Position numbers and translations under genes: made by a program. A stretch of 64,000 bases of DNA from Marsupella aquatica (Eukaryota; Plantae; Marchantiophyta): contig OZ316893.1 of assembly GCA_973895155.1 (NCBI GenBank), positions 7,216,963 through 7,280,962 on the forward strand, read 5' to 3'. This document shows positions 13,379-26,901 of the stretch, one piece after another (the first letter of the stretch is position 1; each line of letters begins with the position of its first letter). The notes beneath the pieces were generated by a model. It was given only the letters and a program-made list of their open reading frames with translations. It searched no databases and had not been told where the DNA came from.

Positions 13379-13569
13379 GGCATTTGGTGTTCAAAAAGTT
13401 CGATGGCTGCTCAGTATAACGTGGAAGCCGCCATTTGGAAGCGAGTCCTTCCCTCGCCTTTTTCCAGGCATTTTGGCATTTGGTGTTCGACAAGTTCGAT
13501 GGCTGCTCAGTATAACGTGGAAGCCGCCATTTGGAAGTGAGTCCTTCCCTCGCCTTTTTCCAGGCATTT
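13379..13569. repeat. Near-perfect 96-bp tandem duplication
   Basis: ggcatttggtgttc...gttcgatggctgctcagtataacgtggaagccgccatttggaag...ccaggcattt at 13379 and 13475. Confidence 0.9.
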
Positions 13570-16500
13570 AAGTTTTCTGTGTTTGTCACATCTCGACGGT
13601 ATCCTGATCGGAAGGATGCAAAGGAAAAGCTTAAACGATTCGATGTTTCCTCGGATATCTCGTCCCTTGCACGTACTGGACCTCCCGAGCCCTGAACCAG
13701 GACTGATGAGCGACACTCTTGGCTTCCCTGTTCAATTGACTTTTCACTCCTTTGGTTTGTCCAACTTCATATTGATAGCTCGTGCGAAAGTTTATAGCAC
13801 GGAGGCGATTCCGTAGAATACTTGGCATCCCTATATCGACGTCATCGTAGGGCTTGCGGTTGTATCATGACTTCTCCGTGTGTTCTCGCAGAAAAACCCT
13901 CGGGGGATAAATTTGTCGATGTTGACCATTGATCAAACGCCGATGGTTCCCAGTGACTGTAAGCCTTTCAGCCCAGAGCTCCACATGTGAATCTATTCGT
14001 ATTTGAAATCTTCACATGTGAAAGCACTATCGACCGTCTGTAGTCTAGGAAGAGCGCTTCAAGACATTTTCCTCGAACTATTGTTCTTTCTCCTCATCTG
14101 GCGGACCACGGTTAGCGGATTCATTTGTTGTCGATAAATTACCAACGAGAAGGATCAGTTTTGAGAACTCCAAGGTAACAACACTCAATTGAATAGTTGG
14201 AAGAAATGGTTGCGATCCTCTGCTACTTGTACATACATATGTTCAGCCTTGCCCCTGCTAACATCGCGTGGCCAAATCTTTTTCGATTCATTCGATCTGC
14301 GAAACTTTTTTGGACCCCTTCCTTGCTGTGCGTAGGAAGGATCTGCTCTGCTCACTCGGCATGCGCTCGTAAGGTCCAAGTACTCCGAATGTGGCCTTGT
14401 TTGCATCTCAATCAAGATTCACACTCAATCAAGACTCACACACAGCTCGGCGTGACGACCTGAAGACAATTTTTGATCTGGTAAGGAATAGTAGGTAAGG
14501 AAGCTAACTCTTTCTCTTGGACCTTTGTCTCCTCACGTGAAGGGTCCTACTGTAAATTGTGGATCCATCGAGGACGTAAATGTCGTAATGGTGCTCCCGA
14601 CCACCTAGATTGAATCACTCTGTTCCGATGTTGAAGAGCAAATTGTGAGTTATCCATGCACAGTAGAAGCATTTTTCCTGGCTGGCTTCGATCCAGCTCG
14701 CGCATATTTATGGCATATTTATTAAAAATTTCAGAATTATCTACCTTTCTATCATGTGCAAGATTATTTTGGTTTCATCGAAGCACTTAATCCAAGGCCA
14801 ACTCCCTGTAGAACAGCCTTCAACGTACCAACTGATGCCTCTTTAATCAGGTGCATTCCCGAGTGCATTCTACAAGCTGGTACGGTATTCGACTGATGAC
14901 GATCGTTTACTCTCCAATGGAATTCACTCGGCATTTGACGTGCTGAGAGGTTTCCTCTGCGGACTCTGTAATTAATTGTCATTATTTTGATCGTCGAGTA
15001 CACAAGTATTGAGACAAATTTTGGTTTCCGTGAGATTTAAATCTTTATTGGAAATTGTTGCCAACCAGGAGCAATGATAGATGCTGTGTAGGATTGACAA
15101 GGCAATTTTATAGAGGTGTACATGAACTCTACGCGTGCCTCACCAGTCTCTGGCACAAACCATTAGGAAAAGCATTTCCTTTTGATTAAATCCATGCTAG
15201 GACTGGATTCGGCTAGTTTCCTCACTAGGTTCCACAAATGGGGTCACCAGGCAACAGATAGAGCAACAGGATCGAATGATGTCGTCTTCCGTGTCTTCTA
15301 CATTGTTGTCGACTTTCGCAATGGAAATTGATTGTTGAACGCAATTGTTGACTTCAAAGTTTAAGCTCGAATTTGAAACAAAATCATGAAGGAAATGATT
15401 GACAGTGGAAAAGCAACAACCATGAAATAAAACAAGTGCAATGGTAAGGTACTGAGTTACCGAAGTGACTGGGAACAGCGCAGGGAAGTGATAGCGTTAC
15501 ATCAAAGATGTTCTAAGCATATCAATTGATATTCAGTGCTGATAATATACAATGGACTTACATATGAGGAGAACAGCTATAGCCCAGTTCCGTTGTCACA
15601 TTCTAGGTCTCAATGACTTTGTAACTAACTGTACAAATTTTTTTCCTAGAGTTTACAACTGCGCGTTGTAAAAGAATGGTGCGTCTATCATCGGAAGCTT
15701 TTGTACATGCTACCAACTCTACCTCTAGTGTACCTGAACGATGATTCTACCACGCATATCCATAATGTAGAATGATTGAGCCCAAAATCCTTTGAAGGTC
15801 GTACAGTCGATAAACGCTCAGCGATAACTCAGTTATGACGTTGCTTTAGTTACCGTTGAGTACGGGCCGCAGGGTCAATGCGATAGAAACGTGAGTAAAA
15901 TGGCGTGAACAGCCTGCTTGAACCTGCACTCGAGGTCGACGCGGTTCCTGGTATAGAATCCTCGGTAGAAACACCTGGAATGCCAACCCATGTGAAATAA
16001 GCAACGCAATACATGGATACATCAAAGCTCAATGCAGAAAACTTAGGAATTCCCTGAGAAGCAGATTTATGGACTCTGAAAATTTATGAACATCTGCAAA
16101 TTTTCAAAGCTGAACCGTGCAAGATGGTTTTGGTCTGTGCATAAAGGTTTTTGTCTTAAACAGAGCTTGCACTGGAGCAGCCACAAACCCAGATCACGTC
16201 ACACCAGACAAACAGCATCCGGAAAACAAGCACCAGGAAGACCAAAGTCATAATAATCGCAATTCCGCTACATGCATAATAATAACATGCTCATCATAAT
16301 ATTGAGCAATACAGCCACCGCCAGTAGTAATTAAAAGCACAGATACACACATTCAAGATCTTGTTGTTATTAATCTACAGCATCGAAAAGCTGACACTAA
16401 AAAGATTATGTATCATGAAGACACTATCACATTACTTCATATTGTGACATACCAGGCACGCAAAACTAAAACTAAGTGGAAAGTTCAATTTTTTTGAAAC

Positions 16501-16801
16501 ACTTGAAAACACCCGAAAACTTGTATCAGGAGTAAAGTTGTGTTGATACAATTGCTAAAACAAGTGACGTAGTCCTGCTTTTCTATTGTTACGATACAAA
16601 ACTAAATGCACTTAAAATAGAGCACTACAATATTTGAAGACCTAACCAAGGCACGTAGCTGTTGTGGGAAGGAAGCAGATACAGAAAGAAACTTACAATC
16701 ATACTCTGGTATCTACAGTCTCGGAGCTTAAGCTTGTGTGCACTATGTTACACGTGACAGCTCAGCTGCAAACTAAACCAGTTGCTACATCATTTCTATC
16801 A

Positions 16802-17194
16802 TCATCGGGGTGATACTGGGGAGCCCTTTTCATGAGAGTCTGTGAAATTAGTGGTGGATTCAGGTGTGCTTTTGGAGTTTTGAGACGAGCCTGTGTCAAA
16901 ACCAGTGTAAGAGGCTGAGAAATCGCCCTTCTCCATCTCCGGTTTGTCCAGCTGCACGGAGAAATCGTCTTTCTGTATATCCAGGCTGAAGCTCATCTCG
17001 GAATTCCCTTGTGTGTTCACCGCGAGGCTCTCCAATTTTCTTGTTAATTCTTTCATTGTTGGGCGAGCGTTGGTGTCACTGTCCACGCAAGAGATTGCCA
17101 CCGCTATTAAAGGGTCCATGACCTCGGACGGGTACGAGCCCATGTTCTGGTCAATCACCTTCCACATCTGTCCATCGTCGAACGAGGCTTTTAC
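16802..17194 (-). CDS. LRR-RLK terminal exon
   Basis: [24 protein letters not shown]...[13 protein letters not shown]...VSPR-stop. Confidence 0.92.
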   Translation of the reverse strand, partial: VKASFDDGQMWKVIDQNMGSYPSEVMDPLIAVAISCVDSDTNARPTMKELTRKLESLAVNTQGNSEMSFSLDIQKDDFSVQLDKPEMEKGDFSASYTGFDTGSSQNSKSTPESTTNFTDSHEKGSPVSPR

Positions 17195-20100
17195 CTGCAA
17201 GTTATCGAAATATAGTGGTCAATACCTTTCTTCATCTCAACAGTAGTTGGACAGCGAGCGGATCGAAATGCAGCTCATTTCTAAAAGTATTCAGTCCTCA
17301 TCTGACCAATGTGGCACGTTTTTGTACAGGCTGCATTACTACATAATCAGTAGACATCCCTTAAAATCCATCTTGAATGATCTCAGTACGTCCTCGACAC
17401 ATGAGCGCTACACTGACTTCGAGACTGACTTCCGATTCTTCCGTATAGAGTAATCCATCTGCAGGGTTATCGAGATTAAGATGAGCGCTGAAATTGAAAG
17501 TTTAATGATCGCTTACCTCTCTAACAATATTCTTTCCGTAACTAATAGGCTGCATGCCAGTAATAATTTCCAGAAGCACAACTCCGAAACTATAAACGTC
17601 GCTCTTGTCGGTAAGCTTGCGCGTCAAGAAGTATTCTGGATCCAAATAACCCTGCATCGCATTTACGGAGCTCTCAGATATATCATTCAAAGTATGAGAG
17701 AAAGTTGACAGGGCTCTTCCCAAACATATCTCCAACAAACATTAAAAACAAGGAATACAAGACGAAGTAACCAAAACGTGCTGGCACAATGACATGATAA
17801 CCAAGCCTAGTCAAGATAAATCAAACTGCCATGCAGATAAACCTGGATTCTAAGTAAGTCACCTGCTAAAATTACACTAAAATGACATCTCAGACATGGC
17901 AAAACCAAATCAGATTCTATCTGTTATGTCTTCTGAATCTTGATAAGATCGCTAGGAATCAGGAACCGTAATTACGCTTCATGCAATCTACAGTAGGTAC
18001 TCTTCGTCGTGTGGCAAGAAGATAGCCATGGCGTCCTGAGACAGATTGAGTTTCAAATGAGGAAAAAGGGCCATATCAAAAGTGGGCATGATTGCTTCTT
18101 GTAAGGGGGGCAGATGACGTACCGGTGTTCCCTTCACTACAGTTGAAATATGAGATTGCGTCTCATCCCCAAGATCATCTTGAAAATCAGGTGCCAGTCT
18201 CGACAGCCCAAAGTCAGCCACCTTCGCCTGCTTTCTAATATCCAACAAAATGTTATTGCTCTTGATATCTCGATGAAAAATGGGGGGATCGGCTTCAGTG
18301 TGCAGGTACAAGATCCCCTTAGCAGATCCCAGAGCAATCTTGAGCCTTGAGGCGAAGTTAAGGCTGTCTTTGGCATCCGCATGCAAACGTTCATGCAATG
18401 TACCACCCTCCATGTACTCGTATACGAGCATCTGTTCCTCCTCGTCATTGCAGTAACCAACAAGGGCCACCAGATTGCGGTGATGACAACGAGACAAAAG
18501 TTCAATCTCATTGTAGAACTCCGTGTTGCGCTGTATGGCATCCAAATTTGCCCGTTTTATGGCTACCACTTGGCCCGATTCCAAAACACCACGATACACC
18601 GTTCCATAGCCCCCTCGTCCTACCTGCGGCCAGGCATATCCCCCGGGGCAAATCATTAAAGAGAACAAGACGACAGAAATTAAGTGCAACTACTGAACTG
18701 AAATCGTGGTCTATCACAAAAGTAACTTTCTCCAGGTCGATCCTGCATTGGACAGTAGGCGTACCTCTTTGATTTCACTGAAGTTGTCCGTGGCCTGGGC
18801 CATTTCTTTGTATGAGAAGGCATACACTCCAGTGATCTTCAATAGGCTTTGCTGCGAGGCTCTCATTGATACTGCAATCATATCTTGTGTTAGAGCAGAA
18901 TGATCGGTGTAAAGACTAAGTCAAAACCCTTACCGTGGTTGTCCACATAATGTTTTATGGAGAAGCTTTCCAGAATTCACTTGATTCAATCTGTGGATCG
19001 AGTGATTCTCGTCTACAAGCTCCGTTTTGACCGGGCATAATTGAACAAAGTTTTGCAAATTAATTACAAACGTCTGTCAACTGAATCAATACTTTTTGCA
19101 TTTTCGAAAAGACGCTTCAAATGTCTGTCAACGGACAGGAGTACTTAAATAAATTCTTTGGCGATAAAACTTGAACGAAAAATTGAAGGATTGTTCTTCC
19201 CTCGATACATGGTAGCTTAGCTTAGCATCAAAGTAAAAGCAAAACGTACACTTTTGTGCTCTCCTTCTTGCGCCTGGAGTCAATGGTTTGTCTTTCTTGC
19301 GCCGAATAAAGAGTGCCAGGAGTATCATAGCGAGGACCAACACTGCAATAGAGCCTATAACAATTCCTGCTATCGCTGCTTTGCCCAGCTTCTTCGCTCC
19401 TGTCGTTGGCATCAGAAGAGCATTTAGGCAAGTAGATTCTTTCCTTTTCGTATTCGTGTATTTACCAAACTGATTTTAAAAACTTACCCAATTTACTATA
19501 GGGACTCCGATGTTTTAGTCTGCAATGTAAAATGTTCGATACGAAAAGCAAGTAGTTATAACGAATTGAAGTTTCCATTTGTCATTCTATTCTCTGTTCT
19601 TCAGGTACTACGTTACTAGATTTACGAGAAACAATTCACCAGATCGACTAGCCTCGTCGATATTGGTAAGTTTCCAAAACATTGGCCATCGTTCAATAGG
19701 CACTGTCGCAAAGAAAACAGTGCATTTTTCTAGCAAATTACACGAGACATACCTTTTCCAAGAAATACGAATCCAAGCAGTTCATACGGTCCAAACAGGG
19801 TACTGTTGCTGGCGTCCCAATTAGACAACAACCTTTCGATTCTGTCGACTTCAGTGGAGTTGAATTGCGAATTTGCAGGTGGGTTGATGAGTACAATCAT
19901 TAACAATCTAGGCCCAGGTTGCCACTCATAAGACTGAACAGAAACTTGCTCTGGTTGTAACTTCAGCCCAGTCGCTAGGTACTGAGTAAATTTGAATTCA
20001 AGGGCAGTTGTGAAGGCAGTAAACGAGGGACTCTTAAGTCTGTACGTCACCGAAATTGGACCACCGCTTGGTAGGTAGTTAATGTTCCCATAGCTCTGGA

Positions 20101-23100
20101 ATGCCGAACTCAGCACTGACTGGCACAAGGCATTTATCTGCGAAATGTACCGAGATCCAGTCGTACAAATATCCTTATTTCCAGACAACCTGCATAACGA
20201 GAGATAGAAATGAGCTCCTCACAATCAGCCACCAAGTGGAGCCAACCATATACCGACATGAGTAAATTCCCAAGTTCGTACGATATGTACATACCGCAAG
20301 TCAATCTGTTGGACTTGATTAGCAGCATCTGTGACCATTCCCAGACTTACGTACTCAAAAGAGTTGTTTTGGAAATCCCTGCAGACAATCATTTGGCCTT
20401 TAGCATTACTTTTGTAAGAATGATCAATATCTCATGATAAGTGAAAGCTGACAAAGGAGCAAGTAGGAGATAATTCAGGAAGAAACCTCATGCTAAAACT
20501 TCAGTTCTCAATACAGAGTCCTGGTTTCCAGAGTCCAAACAACTGCATACGTGTAGGTACTCATAAGATCCTAGGTGCCTAAGTTATAGCGAGCGAAGCT
20601 CACTGACAAGACTCCTTGGCAATGTACTAATATGATATATCATAGACGCAGCTAGCTAGACTATCAAAAGCCTGCTTACAGAAGTAGGTAATCGTCGTTT
20701 GCAAAAACTCTGTCGAGTGTGAAATCCGGAATGCTTCCATTGAGATTGTTATTGCTCAGCTGCCTGAAGGTTGCACAAGGACAAAATTGTCAGCCAAGGT
20801 AACCAACGGTACGAGACAAAGTACCCATGAACAAAGATGAAATCAATGGCTATAAATTTCATGAATCTTTGCATTGGTACGATTGGCAAGCTTCAAACAT
20901 CATCCAACATCAAACATCTTAGTGTTCGCATAGGAAAAAGTGGGAACGTTGGTACGTACAAGCTTTGTAATGCTGAAGCTGTCTGCAAAGAAGCGGGGAT
21001 CCCATCCCCTAACTTATTGTGCGAGAGATCTCTGCCAAGACACATCGGAATGTTTAAAAAATACATAAATATGTGCCAAGGTCGTACCATGACTTTCCAT
21101 AAACTGTCCAGGAAAACAATACGTGCAGGGCACACCCATAAGACCTTCCCAAGAGAGTTCTTACATAGCCGTAATGTTTTTACTATTGATCTCTGGGATC
21201 TTTCCATTCAGGCCGTTGTGGCTCAAGTCCCTGCATAACCAATAAAAAAAGTCCAACCCGTCAGGGAGAGCCGGTTTCAGAAAACTCTGCCTTCGACCAC
21301 TTAAACCAACCTTCCAACAATCCAATTAGATGTCATACCCTTCACTGCGGAGTGCACGACAGGCATTGACAAGTACACCGATTAACTGATCCTACTCATG
21401 TAGCAGGATTAAGCTGGAGATCGGATTCGCTTCACAACTCACACAAAATAAAGATGCTCGAGGGTGCTGAGGTCCGGAACTTGGCCTTGGAGATTACAGT
21501 TTCTACAGCTTCTGCATTAACAAGCCATGTATACAACCGCAAGTAGCACTCATCAGTAACTCTTCGACTGGCATGAATACCTCGACTGCTGTAGCGTTGG
21601 AAGGCCTTCTACTGCTAGAAAACAGATACAGTCTTAGTTGAATTTCCCGACAACATCCCTAACATATCATTAAAATGACGTTCGAGTTCGTGAACCTAGG
21701 TTTATCCTTCCTGGGAAACCCCAACTTCATCCCAACCATGATGATGGAAATGTTGTTCCTCAGGGGATCATTCAGAATTCAAAACAAGAGATTACTTCCC
21801 TAGACTGCTCATTGTCCAACACAGTTTTGGAGATTGATCGATACTCACAGCTTAGTCAAAGATGACAACTGGCTGGTATAGTTGGAGGGAACGTTCCCGC
21901 CCAACTGATTATTGTCGAGCTGCCTGTAGCACATTATAACAATACGGAGCGATCACAAACACGTATACATGAAGCGGTTCCTGAGACCTCTTTTTTTGCA
22001 TCCTAATCGAATTTTCGTCCTCCAATCCTTGACATTACTAGGAGAATATACAAACATTATTTCTTTCATTTCGGATCGGGAAATTGACTACCTAATTCAG
22101 AATCGTAAACTCTCCTGAGCAGTCACGAGATGAGTTATTGGGTATGTATCTCGTATCAGCTGTTAGATTTTCCTCTTCTCTTAGACAACTCCATCCAGTA
22201 CTTGGACTGACACAAGCATCAGCCAAAAACTACCTGGAGATAATTCAAACTTACAAAATGACCAAGGTGCTTGCGTTCGCAATTTCCGCTGGCATTTGTC
22301 CTGTCAGCTGATTGTTATCCAGCAGTCTGAGAAAGAAAGGGGTCGGGCCCAAGGGGAATTAGCTATACGAACAACCAAGACGCTACCTAGATCGATCTTT
22401 TATAGCTAGAATCATTCCATAATCATTGTCAAGAAGAAGCTGACCGCTTTCTTCCGGAGTAAAATGACAAAGCGTGTATGAAAGATTCACAAACGGCGCA
22501 ACGCACATGTGGATCAATTGGGGGCATTGACCAAGCTCTTTGGGAATGGATCCATTGAGCGAATTGTTGTTGAGATGCCTGCAAATACATGCACAAATCA
22601 GCCCCGATCTCATGCACTTTGACAGAGCTGATAACATTTTGCTAGAAAAAATCCTATGCCTTTTGGACTGAGTCCGTAAAATGCATTTCGCAATTTTAAG
22701 TGAATCACAATGCTTAAGAATCACCATTTTTGTCAAGAGATAGACAGAGTTCACACAGCTGACTGCAAAACGTTCAACCAAAACTGTAAACAGTAAACTG
22801 TAAACTGTACAGTTTGACGGGACAATTTGATAACCCCAATCATTCAAACGAAGAATAATTCTTAAGACATTACATCTGTGTCAAAACAATGCTAACAACG
22901 CAATTCGCACATGTCTATGTTCAGTCCCTTACAAATGAGCTAGTGAGATCAAGTTTCCAAAGGTGTGCGGAACCGGCCCAACGAACTGATTTTCGTCCAG
23001 TTGAATTCGATTCATGTTGGATAGATTCCCCAGCTCATTGGGAATACTTCCCCCAAGCTTGTTGCCACTTAGAGCTCTTCAGTTCAAACATGCAAAACAA

Positions 23101-26100
23101 TGGCATGATTAGTCTTTCACCTGTCATTGAACTGAACTCCAGATTTAAAATTCTCAGGTCAGCTTTCCCTTCGTTTAATAATGATCGCTCTACAGATCTT
23201 TTCCACGACAAGAAAATGAAAATTCGCACTAATTTCACATTACAATGAGAATTTGCGAGTAGTCCCGGAAGGTTTTTGGGTTCTTTAGACATTTGAAGGA
23301 CAAGACACGTATGTGATGCAAGCAAGGCCCCTCGACTGCCACTACAAGAAAATTACCATGACTGCCACTACAAGAAAATTACTATGAGCTCAATCCTGTT
23401 CAATCTTACAATATTTTGAGATTTGCTAGATTTCCGAATGTTGATGGAATTCCCCCTGTCAGCTGATTCCACATGACGTCCCTGGAATTGTACAAACAAG
23501 ATATATGGCAAAATAAGTGAATATAGATCTTTGCATTTGATCAGTGCAATTAACTCTATTCGAGAGGTATCCCAGTTAACATCGTTGTGGGAGAGATTGA
23601 CTTTGACTACCGTGCAGAGGATCCGCATTTCGGTGTTTCCACTAGTCATTCAATTAGTGCTGGTCTCCGAACAGCGCCAAAAATATATGTAGAAGCGACT
23701 CGCTAAACTTGGACAAATCGCATGACATCAAACATAGATCATGCGATAACATCGAACAGGACTTCTTATTCAATTGCAAAGAGCATTCTTTCAGAGTCGT
23801 ATCTCCATTCTCAGTGGAATTCAAGGAGAAAATTCTTGCCACTCTTATTCATCTGCTTACGACTGTTCACTGTGCGTTTCTTTGGATTCACACCCACGGC
23901 ACATTCCGATTTTTTGAATCATGAGGTCTTATGTATGCCTCATCTTTGAATGGGAAACTACTGTCAGTGGAATGAGTTGGTCCACAGCTAAAGCATTGAA
24001 TAAAAGAAGGAACGAGAAGAGTCTTACAAGGTAGACAAGTATGTGAGGTTGCCCAGGTCCGGCACCAACTGTCCACTGAGACCCAGTCCAAGCATGCGTC
24101 TGTGAAGTGCCACACAAAAGAAGGATGTCAGTCACCTGAAAACACGGAGGAATCCATATCTTCATACTCATGGTCTGAGACTCATTCCATTATCATCCAA
24201 TTGCCTTCCCTTCTAGCATTTTCCACAATTCTAGCTATTTTGGTTTTCCATGAAATTTTATTTTATTTTTGAAATTTCATTGACATATTCAGGATTGATT
24301 TACTGCTTTGTCTTATGGGTTTTCTACTTACTATTTACATTTAAAAAATTAAAATAACATTATTGACTGAATAAAACATATTGTCTTCCATTTTTCACAA
24401 ATTTTATACAAAAATCAATCACGAATATTTTGGCTTTCTGACTTGCTTCGGGGAGTGTGGGCATAAGTAGGTCCTACAGTACCGTTTTTTTTTTCAGTGC
24501 TAATTTTCGCCAAGACCCTTGACCAAGTTTGGCATACTTTAGCTATTGTTTATCTAAGTTTATCTAAGTCCTATTAGCTAATTTTCCGCCAAGCCTCAAA
24601 TACTTTCCCTTAAGTCTAGGGATACCAACCAGTTCAAATAAATTTACAAAATACCATAAGAAACGTTTACAGCATCGTCGATCGGTGACACCAGATGATA
24701 ACCTTGGCGTCCATGTCTATTATAAGAAAAACATTACCCAGGTGGATGCAAACCACAAAAAAGAACCCTATCTCTATGACGCCTAAAATTTAGCAGCTGT
24801 CACTAACTAAAGGGGGGGCTGTGGCCTTTAAATAAAGCTTTGTCGAAACTTCCGGTCTTCACTCGCACTAAAATATCACGAAGCTTTTTGGCGGACAGAT
24901 GACTAATCTTGTCATCTTCTTCGCGGGGCATATTCTGCATCTGAGGACGTAAAGCGGAGCTGGGTTGCGTACGACAACTTGCCCGTTACTTTACTAATTC
25001 TGTCAGTTTGGGCAATTGTTTCTTAGCTCCTTTTCACAACGACTGCTATCTTCCTGTCCTGGTCAATTCCTCGTTCAAATCGCCCCAGTCATGATTTGCA
25101 CATTGGATACATCCTCAACTACTTCAGTTAACACTTAACAGGTTGCATCAGCCGTCGCCTCTTACCCTCTGCCCTTGACCAGATCAAAACCAGAGAAGAA
25201 GAGTAGAAGAAGAACACACTGCTAGAGAGGCTCTATCTCAAGTTCTTCATCGGAAACAACGAAGATGTCAACGACGGGCGAGACAACTGTCTTTGACATC
25301 TCCTAAACTTCAGCAGCTGTCTATCGGATATGGTGCCGGATTCATTACGGGAAGTCGTAAATGATCTAATCGAGTACTGTGGTTGGAGCAACAACCAAAT
25401 TATGACTGGACGATGGTCAGAGTCACTCACAGTTCGGTGACACGGTTGTAAACTGTGTTGCCAGGCAGCCGGGGAGAAAGCTTGTCGCAGAAAACCCCTG
25501 TCCAGTTCATGCAGGGATCGCTCGTTGGGATCCATGATTGAAGATTGTTGCTGGGGTCTACAAGTGCTTTTTTGAAGGCAAGTAAGGCTTTCGCTGCACG
25601 CACAGAAATCCCACCGCTTCGTTAGTACATTGAGTAATAATAACATGAAGGCTTCAATCTAGAAAAGTCCACAGAACCCTAGACCCGAGTATGTCTGCTG
25701 AAAAATCCCCCGACTACGTGCTGCCCGGTGCAGTGTATCCATAGCAACGTCCATAATCTATCGAAAGTTGATTAATTCATTCACTGTGACACCTCACGCT
25801 TAGAAAAGGTAAGAGCCTGCGTACGGTAGAGTCCTTTGCATTCACGATAATGGGCACGTCCAAGGTGCCCAACTCTTTTCTCAAATGCACAGACCTGCGA
25901 AAGTGCTCATATTCCAGGATCTATCATTGTCTCACTACAATCAAAGAGTTTTAAGAATTTCAGTTCGAAGATGTGGAATCAAGGGGCAACTGCACAGAAA
26001 CGAAACCGGGGCCAAAACATAACGAGATTCAATCCCCTACCTTCTAGAACTCTCTACAATCTACTTCCCTTCAAGTTGATATTAATTCTAAAATCTGTGG

Positions 26101-26901
26101 TTAGAGAATTCCAGTGCTTGACCAAAGCAGCCACGATTGTGAATCCTGTATCTTCAGTCAATTCTAAGCAGATTCTTGCAAGAAATCGCCCGGTATTCCG
26201 CTTGCAAGAAGAAAACCAGGTCGAAGTCAGCCATCTGCAGAGTACTGTAGCTCATCGCAGTTGCGGGTATTCAGTGCGTCTGGCGTGATTGCGTGCGCAT
26301 CCTCGCCTGATCAAAGCCGGACATAATTTTCCAGAACTGAATGCTTCAATCTTCAACCCCATAGGTGGAATCGGTATTTTGTATGATCCCTCGCGCTTCA
26401 GGATCTCTTCCTCAAGTCAGTTTCGGAAAGTAATTCGTGGCAAGAAAATTCCCGAGGCAACTCTTGATTGATGTGATAGATGTTGCATCTCTGGAACTGA
26501 CCAAGTGTGCCCCTCACCCAGATCTGGGACCGAGCCTCTACACTGCTTACTAGAAGGAGTCCTAAGGCCACGGCAATTTTTGCATATATACCCATCTCAG
26601 TCCCCTCCTTCGCTCTTCAAACAAGTTCTCTCAACGAGGTTTAGATAGACATTAAACATAGCGTTATGCTGGTCTCATTTTCATGTAGATGCAAACGAAT
26701 ACGAGTCATTCCGTAGCAAATTGTTTGACAACGGAAGAACGAAGCTCGGCAAGTGAAAAACTTACTTTCAACCGGGTCTGTGATCGCTGGTCCTCCTTGA
26801 GATAGTGCTCCGAACGACTGCAGCGACAAGAGCACAAACAGCAAAACAATCCCAATTGTGTTCATCCCCAAGCCTCCCAGCACCTGTGTTGCTCTACTCA
26901 T
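16802..26901 (-). CDS. LRR receptor-like Ser/Thr kinase (LRR-VIII-1 / At1g06840-like), 19 exons, ~967 aa
   Basis: GT-AG exons read by hand: 26766-26901, 25431-25593, 24028-24099, 23410-23481, 22933-23076, 22507-22578, 22255-22326, 21849-21923, 21443-21511, 21165-21230, 20960-21031, 20680-20763, 20295-20378, 19753-20189, 19250-19399, 18765-18871, 18123-18623, 17517-17651, 16802-17194. The total is 2904 nt, in frame. Domains: signal peptide, LRR N-cap ([12 protein letters not shown]), 72-nt LRR exons, [22 protein letters not shown] segment, TM helix, kinase ([31 protein letters not shown]), C-terminal SPR. Confidence 0.93.
18123..18623 (-). CDS. LRR-RLK main kinase exon
   Basis: [12 protein letters not shown]...[12 protein letters not shown]...[11 protein letters not shown]...STVVKGTP, bounded by cag and gt splice sites. 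Confidence 0.95.
19753..20189 (-). CDS. LRR-RLK juxtamembrane ectodomain exon
   Basis: LSGNKDIC...[11 protein letters not shown]...WQPGPRLLM...FGPYELLGF. Confidence 0.9.

Noticed and set aside
25233-25646. 137-aa ORF as an independent gene
   Set aside because: It overlaps kinase exon 2 (25431-25593) in another frame.
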